DNA of 64,000 nt from assembly GCA_000999095.1 (NCBI GenBank), contig LCFP01000002.1, positions 5,736-69,735 of the forward strand. Direction: 5' to 3'. The DNA comes from Candidatus Gottesmanbacteria bacterium GW2011_GWA2_43_14 (GTDB taxonomy: Bacteria > Patescibacteriota > Microgenomatia > 2-02-FULL-39-11). Positions 19,662 through 29,050 of the stretch are shown piece by piece. A program made the translations under genes and the position numbers. Position 1 is the first letter of the stretch, and the number at the start of each line of letters is the position of its first letter. The notes below the pieces were generated by a model, which saw only the letters and a program-made list of their open reading frames with translations, did not search any database and was not told where the DNA came from.

Positions 19662-20762
19662 ATGAAAATAACAGTTTCAGTTATAAAAGCTGATGTCGGG
19701 TCCGTCGGCGGACACAACCGTCCCAGCGAAAAACTTTTAGCTTCACTTCATAACCATCTGAAACAAAATGCCCAAAGACTTCTCAAGGATTTTAAAGTTA
19801 CTTTTACAGGAGATGACGGCTGTCTTTTGATGAGCCATACTAAAGGGGTTGACCATCCAGAAATTCATAAACTGGCCTGGGAAGCTTTTATCGAAGCCAC
19901 CAAAGTGGCCAAAGAACAGGGCTTGTACGGCGCCGGCCAGGATCTTCTGAAAGACGCCTTTTCCGGTAATGTTCGCGGTATGGGTCCGGGTTCCTGTGAA
20001 ATGGAATTTGAGGAAAGACCTTCAGAGCCTTTAGTTCTTTTTGCCTGTGATAAAACCGATCCGGGAGCATTCAATTATCCGATTTTCCGGGGTTTTGCCG
20101 ATCCCTTTCACAACGCCGGACTTCTTTTGGCACCGGATATGGCTGTCGGCTTTGAATTTACCATCATGGATGTCAACTATACCGAAGGCGATAGGGTGAT
20201 TGTCCTGTCAACTCCGGAAAACTATTATGATATGGCCGTTTTATTACGCGATCCGGAACATTATGTCGTTGAATCTGTCAAAGCCAGGTCAACCGGAGAT
20301 GTGGCAGCGGTAGTTTCAACTTCAAGACTCCATAACATTGCCGGAAAATATACCGGAAAAGATGACCCGGTGGCGTTGGTCCGAACTCAGAAGCAGTTCC
20401 CATCAACCGGTGAAATCCTGTCTCCGTATGCTACAGCCCACTACGTGGTCGGAGACAACCGCGGCAGCCATATTGTATCCCTGATGCCCTGTAAGCAAAA
20501 TGCCATTATTTCGTTCTTTGACGGTCCGGCTATCGTGACTGCCATGGGATTCTGTATCCATAACGGCATCTTTACCGAGAGTGTCGATCTCTTCGACCAG
20601 CCGTTCTGGGACATGATCAGAAACAAGGCAGCCGAAAAAACCATGCATATCAGGGACCAGGGCTTTTTCGGTGCAGCCATGGCTCCCATGGAAGAACTGG
20701 AATATACAGGTGTTGTCGAGAGAATTAAACTCTTGGACAAGAAATTTATAATCAGGAAATAA
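19662..20762 (+). CDS. fbp: Fructose-1,6-bisphosphate aldolase/phosphatase (archaeal-type bifunctional class V FBPase)
   Basis: N-terminus MKITVSVIKADVGSVGGH is characteristic of FBP aldolase/phosphatase; about 366 aa. AAGGAG ribosome-binding site at 19648-19653. Confidence 0.8.
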   Translation: MKITVSVIKADVGSVGGHNRPSEKLLASLHNHLKQNAQRLLKDFKVTFTGDDGCLLMSHTKGVDHPEIHKLAWEAFIEATKVAKEQGLYGAGQDLLKDAFSGNVRGMGPGSCEMEFEERPSEPLVLFACDKTDPGAFNYPIFRGFADPFHNAGLLLAPDMAVGFEFTIMDVNYTEGDRVIVLSTPENYYDMAVLLRDPEHYVVESVKARSTGDVAAVVSTSRLHNIAGKYTGKDDPVALVRTQKQFPSTGEILSPYATAHYVVGDNRGSHIVSLMPCKQNAIISFFDGPAIVTAMGFCIHNGIFTESVDLFDQPFWDMIRNKAAEKTMHIRDQGFFGAAMAPMEELEYTGVVERIKLLDKKFIIRK

Positions 20763-20763
20763 T

Positions 20764-22506
20764 TTGACCATTATGGCTGCCCAAGTATATTCCAAAAAAG
20801 ACAAAAAATTTCCCGTTCTCCCCAATCTGGCGGATTATGAAAAACTGCATGCCGAATTCAATTGGTCAGAGGCTTCCAAAGAACTTGACTGGTTTGAAGA
20901 CGGCAAACTGAACGCAGCTTATAATGCCATAGACCGTCATGCCAAAGGGGACAGGAAAGACAAACTGGCCTTAATCTGGGAAGGGGCAAAAGGAGAAAAG
21001 AAGCAATATACTTTTCTCGATCTATTCAAGTTATCCAACAAGTTTGCCAATCTGATTAAAAACAAAGGCGCCCAAAAAGGCGACCGTATCTTTATCTTTC
21101 TGCCCAGAATTCCTTACCTTTACACTGCTTTTTTGGCTATTCTCAAAAACGGATCTGTGGCCGGGCTCCTTTTCAGCGCTTTCCAGGAGCAGGCTCTATT
21201 GGACAGACTTTCGGATTCCGGTGCCAAAATCCTCTTTACCAACAGCGAACTGGCCAAAAGGGTTGAAGGCATCCGTTCAAAACTGCCTGAACTAAAGGAG
21301 ATTTTAATTGTTGATACGCCTGAATTTGAAAACGAATTGGCCGCTCAGCCCGATTCTTTTGAAACGGTTAAAACAGATCCTTCTGACTTTGCTTTCATGC
21401 TTTACACCTCCGGCACGACCGGCAAGCCAAAAGGCGTTGTCCACCACCATTATGCCATCGTTGCCCAGCATGCTACAGCCAAGTATGTGCTGGACATTCA
21501 TGATACGGATATTTACTGGTGCACAGCCGATCCCGGCTGGGTCACCGGCATCGCTTATACAATTTTAGGCAGCTGGAGCTGCGGCGTCACCAGTTTCATA
21601 GACGAAGGCCGCTTTGATCCTTCCAGATGGTTTCAGAAACTGCAGGATTACAAAATCAATATTTGGTATACCGCTCCCACAGCCATCCGCATGATCATGG
21701 CCGAAGGTGAAGATTTGCCCAAAAAATACGACCTTTCCCATCTCAGGCATATTCTCTCTGTCGGAGAACCTTTAAATCCGGAAGCAATCCACTGGTCAAT
21801 CAAAACGATGGGCATGCCTTTCCATGACACCTGGTGGCAGACGGAAACAGGCTGTATCTCGATTGCCAATTATCCGACCATGGATATAAAAATCGGTTCT
21901 ATGGGTAAACCGTTTTTGGGTATGGAAGCCGCAATTGTTGATGATGCGGGTAAACCGGTTGCCAATGATACGGAAGGAAATATTGCCTTAAGACCGGGTT
22001 GGCCCTCGATGATGAAAACCATCTGGCAGAGGCAGGAAAAATACGATTCTTATTTTATCAATAACTGGTATCTTTCGGGCGACCGGGGCTACCGTGACAG
22101 TGACGGTTACTTCTGGTTTATCGGCCGCAGCGATGACGTCATCAAGACTTCCGGCGAAAGGGTCGGTCCTTTTGAAGTTGAATCCGCTCTGGTAGAACAC
22201 CCGGCTGTGGTTGAAGCCGGTGTCATCGGCAAACCTGACCAAGCCAGGGGAGAAGTGATTAAAGCATTTGTCGTTCTGGAAAAAGAATATCTGGACAAAG
22301 TTAAAACGACCGAGGAAGCGCAAAAACTCAAGGATGAATTGTCCCAGTATGTTAAAAAACACCTGGCAGGACATGCATACCCCAGGGAGGTGGAATTCAT
22401 TGATAAACTGCCCAAAACAAGGTCTGGCAAAATCATGAGAAGGATCCTCAAAGCCAAGGAAATGGGTCAGCCTGTGGGAGACACTTCCACCCTCGAGGAA
22501 TATTAA
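20764..22506 (+). CDS. acs: AMP-forming acetyl-CoA synthetase-like acyl-CoA ligase
   Basis: AMP-binding motif YTSGTTGKPKGV and the WWQTETG and GDRGYRDSDGYFWFIGRSDD motifs. Confidence 0.8.
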   Translation: MTIMAAQVYSKKDKKFPVLPNLADYEKLHAEFNWSEASKELDWFEDGKLNAAYNAIDRHAKGDRKDKLALIWEGAKGEKKQYTFLDLFKLSNKFANLIKNKGAQKGDRIFIFLPRIPYLYTAFLAILKNGSVAGLLFSAFQEQALLDRLSDSGAKILFTNSELAKRVEGIRSKLPELKEILIVDTPEFENELAAQPDSFETVKTDPSDFAFMLYTSGTTGKPKGVVHHHYAIVAQHATAKYVLDIHDTDIYWCTADPGWVTGIAYTILGSWSCGVTSFIDEGRFDPSRWFQKLQDYKINIWYTAPTAIRMIMAEGEDLPKKYDLSHLRHILSVGEPLNPEAIHWSIKTMGMPFHDTWWQTETGCISIANYPTMDIKIGSMGKPFLGMEAAIVDDAGKPVANDTEGNIALRPGWPSMMKTIWQRQEKYDSYFINNWYLSGDRGYRDSDGYFWFIGRSDDVIKTSGERVGPFEVESALVEHPAVVEAGVIGKPDQARGEVIKAFVVLEKEYLDKVKTTEEAQKLKDELSQYVKKHLAGHAYPREVEFIDKLPKTRSGKIMRRILKAKEMGQPVGDTSTLEEY

Positions 22507-23192
22507 ATACGGAAAAGGATCACAAATTCCCCTTTTGGATTTTTAAAATATTGTCCGGCCTCTTTTGGCTTGCCTCTCCAAACTTCCTGGTGGATTTTAG
22601 TCATTTCCCGGCAGACAACGATTTCAATTTCTGAAAATAACTCCTCTAAAACTTCCAAAGTTTTGCCCAGACGGTGCGGAGACTCGTAAAAAATAATAGT
22701 CTTTTGCATACTTTTCTCTTTAAAACTTGCGAACCACTTTCTCTTTTTACTAAAAGAAGGGGGAGAGAAGCCTAAAAACAAAAAAGGCACCGGAGGCAGT
22801 CCGGATAAAGTCAGGGCTGTAACAGCAGCTGATGCCCCAGGCAAGCTGTTGATTTCGACACCCGCTTTAATAGCCAGACTGACCAGTTTAAAACCTGGAT
22901 CAGCAATAAGAGGTGTACCTGAATCGCTTACCATTGCTACTGTGAAATTTTTTTTAAGCAAACTGATAATATCAAAAGCAGCAGCTTCTTCGATTTCATC
23001 ATAGAACGGAATCAATTTTGGGACAGTTGATTTTTCGTGTCCGTATTTTTCCCTCAATATTTTCAAAAGCTGTCCTGTCCTTCTGGTATCCTCACAGGCA
23101 ATAAAATCGACTGAAAGTAAAGTATTAATGGCCCGGATGGTGATATCTTCCAGATTACCGATAGGGGTTGCTACGACAAAGAGCGTTCCCAT
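22503..23192 (-). CDS. rsmI: 16S rRNA (cytidine1402-2'-O)-methyltransferase RsmI
   Basis: MGTLFVVATPIGNLEDITIRAINTLLSVDFIACEDTRRT. Start trimmed to the internal ATG at 23192. Confidence 0.8.
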   Translation of the reverse strand: MGTLFVVATPIGNLEDITIRAINTLLSVDFIACEDTRRTGQLLKILREKYGHEKSTVPKLIPFYDEIEEAAAFDIISLLKKNFTVAMVSDSGTPLIADPGFKLVSLAIKAGVEINSLPGASAAVTALTLSGLPPVPFLFLGFSPPSFSKKRKWFASFKEKSMQKTIIFYESPHRLGKTLEVLEELFSEIEIVVCREMTKIHQEVWRGKPKEAGQYFKNPKGEFVILFRI

Positions 23193-23231
23193 ATACTGGT
23201 TATAGCTTCTTTTTTTAAAAGTCGCAAGCAG

Positions 23232-23261
23232 TTGACAGTCATAACCTATTAAAAGTATGAT
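23232..23261 (+). promoter_or_regulatory. Sigma70-like promoter TTGACA-N18-TATGAT for gpmA-gap-pgk
   Basis: TTGACA at 23232-23237 and TATGAT at 23256-23261. The gpmA ATG at 23273 lies only 11 nt after the -10 box, implying a very short or absent leader. Confidence 0.45.
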
Positions 23262-23272
23262 ATTTTCATATA

Positions 23273-23878
23273 ATGAGTAATTTAGCACTAGTCCGCCATG
23301 GTGAATCTGAATGGAATGCCAAAGGTTTATGGACAGGCTGGACTGATATAGGCTTGTCCGAAAAAGGCAGGGATGAAGCAAGAATGGCCGGACGGAAACT
23401 GTCCGGTATCGGATTTCACCACGGCTTTACTTCGGATCTTTCACGTGCCTGGCAAACTTTGGAACTGATCAAGGAAACCCTAAAAATGCAGAATATGCCT
23501 ACATCCCGTCATCCGGAATTTAAGGAAAGGCATTACGGCATTTATACGGGACAGAATAAATGGCAGATTAAAAAGAAAATCGGAGAAAAAAATTTCAGGG
23601 AACTGAGGCGCGGTTGGGATGTGCCCATTCCTGAAGGCGAAACTTTAAAAGATGTCTATGTGCGTGTCGTTAGGGGATTTGAGAATTACCTTCTGCCTGA
23701 AATTGGGAAGAACAGAAATTTAATATTGTCCGCCCACGGCAATTCGATTCGCGCCCTGATAAAACACTTGGAGAACATACCTGATAATCTAATTTCTGAA
23801 GTTGAGGTGGCAACCGGAGAAGTCATTATTTATATCTTGTCGGAATCAGGAAAAGTTATTAACAAGGAAAAAAGATAA
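23273..23878 (+). CDS. gpmA: 2,3-bisphosphoglycerate-dependent phosphoglycerate mutase
   Basis: LVRHGESEWN, a histidine phosphatase RHGE motif. Confidence 0.85.
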   Translation: MSNLALVRHGESEWNAKGLWTGWTDIGLSEKGRDEARMAGRKLSGIGFHHGFTSDLSRAWQTLELIKETLKMQNMPTSRHPEFKERHYGIYTGQNKWQIKKKIGEKNFRELRRGWDVPIPEGETLKDVYVRVVRGFENYLLPEIGKNRNLILSAHGNSIRALIKHLENIPDNLISEVEVATGEVIIYILSESGKVINKEKR

Positions 23879-24918
23879 TGGGAGGTAATAATATGCCTCA
23901 TAAAAAAGTCAGGATCGGTCTTAACGGATTCGGCCGGATCGGCAGGATTGCGTCAAGAATTATTTTGGAGAGGCAGAATCTGGAGCTGTCAGCTATAAAC
24001 AGCCGTTCTGAGGCTGAATCACATGCTTATCTTCTCAAATACGATTCCGTTTACGGTACACTTAGCCGTTCGATCACAGCTCACAATGACAGGATAATTA
24101 TAGACGGGAAAAAAATCTCCGTTTTTAAATTTTCCAGCCCTGATGAAATTCCCTGGTCACAAGCTGAAACTGATATCGTTATTGATGCCAGCGGCAAATT
24201 CAGGACAAGCGAAGTATTATCAGGTCATCTTCGGGGATCCGTCAGACAGGTAATCCTCTCAGCTCCTGCCAAGGACAGCACCAAAACCATTGTTTTAGGA
24301 GTAAATGACAGCTCGTTTAAACCGGATACGGACTTAATTATTTCCAATTCATCCTGTACCACCAATTGCCTGGCATCGATCCTAAAACCTCTTATTTCCG
24401 ATTTGGGCATCAAACGGGCTTTTATGACGACCGTGCATGCGGTGACTGATTCACAAAATCTGCTTGATAATTCTCATCCCAAGGAAGAAAGGCTCAGAAG
24501 GTCGGTATTGGCTTCAATGATTCCCGCTTCGACGGGATCAGCCCGCGATATAGTCAAACTTTTTCCGCAGTTAAAAAATAAAATTATTTGCAAAGCGATC
24601 CGAATTCCCACAGCTACGGTTTCGCTGGTCATTTTAACGGCTGAAACGGTTAAAAATACTGACATAGATGCACTCAGCCGCTTGTTTACCCAAGCTTCCA
24701 ACACTTCTCAGAAGGATTTCTTGGAATTTTCCAGGGAGCCTCTCGTATCCGTTGATTTCAAAGGCAATACGCATTCAGCCATCGTCGACGCTGGTTTAAC
24801 GGAAGTATTGGGAAATAATCAGCTAAACATTTATGCTTGGTACGATAATGAATGGGGGTATGCCAGCCGCCTGGTAGACCTGGCGGAAATGGCTGCCAGC
24901 AAGCGTAATCTTCTGTGA
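23878..24918 (+). CDS. gap: Glyceraldehyde-3-phosphate dehydrogenase
   Basis: VRIGLNGFGRIGR and catalytic SCTTNCLA. Confidence 0.9.
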   Translation: MGGNNMPHKKVRIGLNGFGRIGRIASRIILERQNLELSAINSRSEAESHAYLLKYDSVYGTLSRSITAHNDRIIIDGKKISVFKFSSPDEIPWSQAETDIVIDASGKFRTSEVLSGHLRGSVRQVILSAPAKDSTKTIVLGVNDSSFKPDTDLIISNSSCTTNCLASILKPLISDLGIKRAFMTTVHAVTDSQNLLDNSHPKEERLRRSVLASMIPASTGSARDIVKLFPQLKNKIICKAIRIPTATVSLVILTAETVKNTDIDALSRLFTQASNTSQKDFLEFSREPLVSVDFKGNTHSAIVDAGLTEVLGNNQLNIYAWYDNEWGYASRLVDLAEMAASKRNLL

Positions 24919-26090
24919 ACAAAAAAACGGTCAGTGATTTAACCAGTCTTCGGGGACGGACTGCCTTTGTCACCTGCGATTTCAATATATCCCTGAAAAA
25001 CGGCAAAGCGGTCAATAATACCAGGATTGTAAAGGCTTTGCCTACCATAAATTATCTTCTCTCCCGTGGCTGCCGGGTGGTTCTGGCATCGCATCTCGGA
25101 AGGCCGCAGGGAGTTGATCCCCAATATTCATTAAAACCGGTGGCAGCAGCTTTAACTTCCCTAATAAAAAAGCCTGTCCGGCTTATAAATAATTTTTGGG
25201 ACAAATCAGCTCTTAGAGAAATTGACGAAAACAGGAGCGGAATTACGCTTTTGGAAAATATCCGCTTTTTCCCGGGCGAAAGAGAAAATGACCAGGATTT
25301 TTCCCGTCACTTGTCCCAGATGGCTGATTTCTTTGTCAATGATGCATTCGGCGCCTCCCACCGGGTTTATGCTTCGACAGTCGGCATCACCAATTACCTG
25401 CCTTCTGTAGCCGGACTTTTACTGGATCTTGAAATCCGCATGCTGTCAAAAGCCTTAAATAACCCCGAGAAGCCGTTTGTGATTTTTATCGGCGGAGCCA
25501 AAACACCCGAGAAAATTTCAGTCATTGAAAAACTATTAGATAAAGCCGATACCATTGCTTTGGGAGGAGCCATCGCCAATACTTTTCTGGCCGCCTGGGG
25601 ATTTGGTCTGGGACAATCGATGGTTGATTATGAAATGGTGGAAATGGCCAGGGTTGTATTTTGGAAAGCTACACGCATCCATTCGGCATTGGTTTTACCG
25701 GTAGATGTAATGATCCAGGCAAACGGCGGTAAAGCCCTACCCAGAGTATCCGATTACGATAAAGTGCCCAACGGTTCAGCCATTTACGATATCGGTCCGG
25801 CAACCGTAAATATTTATTGCAAATTACTTAAAGGTGCGGGAACCGTTATCTGGAACGGACCGATGGGATTTTATGAAAATAAGCATTACAAAAAGGGAAC
25901 GGACTCGATTCTTAAGGAAATTACCCGGGCCCGGGCATTTTCCATCGTCGGCGGAGGTGACACTTTATCCTGTCTGGATAAAAAAGATTATTTCGATAAA
26001 ATTTCCCATGTCTCAACCGGCGGCAGTGCCATGCTGGAATTTATGAAAGAAGGTACTTTGCCCGGTATAGAAGTCCTGCTGGACAAATAA
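24915..26090 (+). CDS. pgk: Phosphoglycerate kinase
   Basis: RVVLASHLGRP and a C-terminal GGGDT-like motif (VGGGDTLSCL). Confidence 0.9.
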   Translation: MNKKTVSDLTSLRGRTAFVTCDFNISLKNGKAVNNTRIVKALPTINYLLSRGCRVVLASHLGRPQGVDPQYSLKPVAAALTSLIKKPVRLINNFWDKSALREIDENRSGITLLENIRFFPGERENDQDFSRHLSQMADFFVNDAFGASHRVYASTVGITNYLPSVAGLLLDLEIRMLSKALNNPEKPFVIFIGGAKTPEKISVIEKLLDKADTIALGGAIANTFLAAWGFGLGQSMVDYEMVEMARVVFWKATRIHSALVLPVDVMIQANGGKALPRVSDYDKVPNGSAIYDIGPATVNIYCKLLKGAGTVIWNGPMGFYENKHYKKGTDSILKEITRARAFSIVGGGDTLSCLDKKDYFDKISHVSTGGSAMLEFMKEGTLPGIEVLLDK

Positions 26091-26096
26091 AACAGG

Positions 26097-26720
26097 CTAT
26101 TGATACTTCCGGTAAACAGCCACGACCCGGCCCTGGATTTTGACATGGGTTGTGAAAATGGGAGACATGGCGGCATTGGCAGGTTCGAGTCTGATTCTCT
26201 CTTTTTCAAAAAAGATACGTTTCAGAGTAGCCAGGCCGTTCGGCAGGATTGCCACGACAATATCTCCGTTTTGGGCTTCACTTTGGTGTTGGACAACCAC
26301 AAAATCACCGTCGAGGATGCCTTCATCAATCATTGAGGTACCTTTTACCTGGAGGATATATCCTGGCTTCTTGCCGGAAAGCATGCTGGCAGGGACAGAC
26401 TGGTAATAATTGGGGTCAGTGTGCGGTTCCAGGGGGCTGCCAGCTGCTATGTAGCCGAGTACGGGTAATTCGACCGCAGTTTCATTTTCATTGAATTTAG
26501 CTCTTTGGCTGACTACCTCAATCGAACGTTCATAGCCGGGAGTCCGCTTGATATAGCCTTTTGTTTCCAGTCTGGAGAGATGTTCATGTATAGTCGAAGC
26601 GGCACTCAAGCCCAGGCTCTCGGCGATTTCCATCAGCGTCGGGGCATAGCCATGCCGCTGAATGTACTGCTGGATGAATTCCAAGGTCTGCCGTTCGCGA
26701 TTATAAAGGATGTTTGCCAT
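26097..26720 (-). CDS. lexA: LexA repressor (S24 peptidase)
   Basis: N-terminal wHTH (PTLMEIAESLGLSAASTIHEHLSRLETKGYI) and C-terminal S24 domain with GTSM and DGDFVVV. Confidence 0.9.
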   Translation of the reverse strand: MANILYNRERQTLEFIQQYIQRHGYAPTLMEIAESLGLSAASTIHEHLSRLETKGYIKRTPGYERSIEVVSQRAKFNENETAVELPVLGYIAAGSPLEPHTDPNYYQSVPASMLSGKKPGYILQVKGTSMIDEGILDGDFVVVQHQSEAQNGDIVVAILPNGLATLKRIFFEKERIRLEPANAAMSPIFTTHVKIQGRVVAVYRKYQ

Positions 26721-26944
26721 AAATTAAGCGAAAGAATAAATGCTTAATATCATTTAAACTAAGGTATTAAATCCAGAATAGATTAAAAAAAAGCGAATGT
26801 CAAGATGGACAAACCTGATAAAACTGATGCTTTCTGTAAACACCATAATTACCTATAGGGTGGTTCAACGGATGAATCATAAAATTACAATATAGGGGGG
26901 TCAAAAATTGCGCGGATTTGTGTTAAAATTAAAGATTCCAAAAA

Positions 26945-29050
26945 ATGAATTTTAAACTTAAATCACCTTTCCAGCCTACCGGAGACCAGCCTCGGGCTGT
27001 TAGGAGTCTGACCGATGGCTTGGAAAAAGGACTTAAATCACAAGTACTTTTGGGGGTGACCGGCAGCGGCAAGACCTTCACCATGGCCAAAGTCATAGAA
27101 AAACTCAACAAACCCACTTTGATCATCTCGCACAATAAAACACTGGCTGCTCAGCTTTATCAGGAATTCCATGAATTTTTTCCGGAAAATGCCGTATCCT
27201 ATTTCGTTTCCTATTATGATTTTTATCAGCCCGAAGCTTATATTCCCCGGAGCGATACCTATATTGAAAAGGAAACTGAAATCAATGAAGAAATCGATAA
27301 ACTGCGGCTTTCCGCCACTACCAATCTTTTGACCAGGGCTGATACGATTGTGGTCGCCTCCGTTTCCTGCATCTACAGTTTGGGTAACCCGGAAGAATAC
27401 GGCAAATTCGTCCTCGAATTGGCCTGCGGTGCCGTCATCAGCCGTGAAGCTATTTTTATGCGTCTGGTGGATCTGCAGTATCAGAGAAGTGATTTTGGTT
27501 TCCACAGGTCGACTTTCCGGGTGCGTGGAGAAAATATCGATGTTTTTCTGGCATATGAGCCATATGCCTTAAGAATTAAAAATAACGGGCAGAAAATCAT
27601 CTCGATAAAAAAAATCGATCCTTTAACCGGTAAAGTCCTGGAAGAAAAAGAAAAAGAAGTTATATATCCTGCCAAACATTATCTGTCGGAAACCTTCAGC
27701 CAGGAAGATATTTTCAAGGAAATTCAGCGTGATCTTGAGAAAAGGTGTCAGGAATTTAAAAAAGACGATAAACTTTTGGAGTCCCACAGACTTAACCAGA
27801 AAGTCAATTTTGACCTGGAGATGATCAGGGAAATGGGGTATGTCAACGGTATTGAAAATTATTCCCGTTATTTCGACGGTCGCAAACCGGGTGATCCGCC
27901 ATATACCCTGCTTGATTATTTTAATAAACCTTACGGCCAGGATTGGCTCTTGATCATCGACGAGTCGCATATAAGTGTCCCGCAAATCCGCGGCATGTAT
28001 AACGGCGACCGCAGCCGTAAACAGGTCCTTTGCGATTACGGCTTCCGTCTGCCTTCTGCCCTTGACAACCGACCCCTGCGCTTTGAAGAATTTCTTACTC
28101 GCATCCCCCGGACTGTCTTTATATCCGCGACTCCGGCTGATTGGGAAATCAGACAAGCCTCCGAATCTGCCGGTAAAAAGGGATTGCCCGGTAACGGCAT
28201 CGCAGAACAGTTGATCCGCCCGACAGGTATAACCGATCCCAAAATCCAAATACGGCCAACCAAAGGCCAGATTATCGATCTCGTCAGTGAAATTCTGGAA
28301 CGTAAAAAAAGGAATGAGCGGGTATTGGTAACCACATTGACTAAAAGAATGGCCGAAGACCTGGCAGACTATATTAAAACGGAAAAATACCGTGATTTGG
28401 AAAAGTTTAAAAACATAACTGACGCGGAAGCACCTCTGGCTGCCTATCTTCACAGCGATATCGAAACATTGGAAAGAAGTGATATATTGGATGATTTAAG
28501 AGCCGGAAAATATGACTGCCTGATCGGTATTAATCTCCTGCGGGAGGGGTTGGATCTGCCGGAAGTCTCTTTAGTTGCCATTCTCGATGCCGACAAGGAA
28601 GGTTTTTTGCGGAGCGAAACATCATTGATCCAAACCATGGGTCGGGCTGCCAGGCACATTGAAGGCAGGGTGATCATGTATGCCGACAACATAACCGGAT
28701 CGATGCAGAGGGCTATATCTGAAATTGACCGCAGGCGCCGGATTCAGAAGGAATACAACCAGAAAAATAAAATTACGGCAACACAAATTGTCAAACCCAT
28801 CAGGGCAAAACTAGTCGAGAAAAAAGAGGAAAAAGACAATTTGGAAAATCTCTTTTTGCAAAAGAAAGAAAAACTGGATAAATTTATTTCACTCGATCCG
28901 GACGAATTGACACCGTTTGACCTGAGGAAACTGGCTAACAGGCTCGAACACGAAATGAAAAAAGCTGCCGCGGCTCTGGATTTCGAACTGGCAGCTTCAA
29001 TCCGGGACAAAATAAGGGAGATAAAAACTCGCCTGGGAGAAAAAATATGA
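26945..29050 (+). CDS. uvrB: Excinuclease ABC subunit B
   Basis: [12 protein letters not shown] Walker A, helicase motifs, and a C-terminal UvrB/UvrC interaction region. Confidence 0.95.
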   Translation: MNFKLKSPFQPTGDQPRAVRSLTDGLEKGLKSQVLLGVTGSGKTFTMAKVIEKLNKPTLIISHNKTLAAQLYQEFHEFFPENAVSYFVSYYDFYQPEAYIPRSDTYIEKETEINEEIDKLRLSATTNLLTRADTIVVASVSCIYSLGNPEEYGKFVLELACGAVISREAIFMRLVDLQYQRSDFGFHRSTFRVRGENIDVFLAYEPYALRIKNNGQKIISIKKIDPLTGKVLEEKEKEVIYPAKHYLSETFSQEDIFKEIQRDLEKRCQEFKKDDKLLESHRLNQKVNFDLEMIREMGYVNGIENYSRYFDGRKPGDPPYTLLDYFNKPYGQDWLLIIDESHISVPQIRGMYNGDRSRKQVLCDYGFRLPSALDNRPLRFEEFLTRIPRTVFISATPADWEIRQASESAGKKGLPGNGIAEQLIRPTGITDPKIQIRPTKGQIIDLVSEILERKKRNERVLVTTLTKRMAEDLADYIKTEKYRDLEKFKNITDAEAPLAAYLHSDIETLERSDILDDLRAGKYDCLIGINLLREGLDLPEVSLVAILDADKEGFLRSETSLIQTMGRAARHIEGRVIMYADNITGSMQRAISEIDRRRRIQKEYNQKNKITATQIVKPIRAKLVEKKEEKDNLENLFLQKKEKLDKFISLDPDELTPFDLRKLANRLEHEMKKAAAALDFELAASIRDKIREIKTRLGEKI

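Noticed and set aside
22503-23381. Extended 292-aa version of RsmI
   Set aside because: The N-terminal 63 codons overlap the gpmA promoter and start. The conserved RsmI core begins at MGTLFVVATPIGN, so the start was trimmed to 23192.
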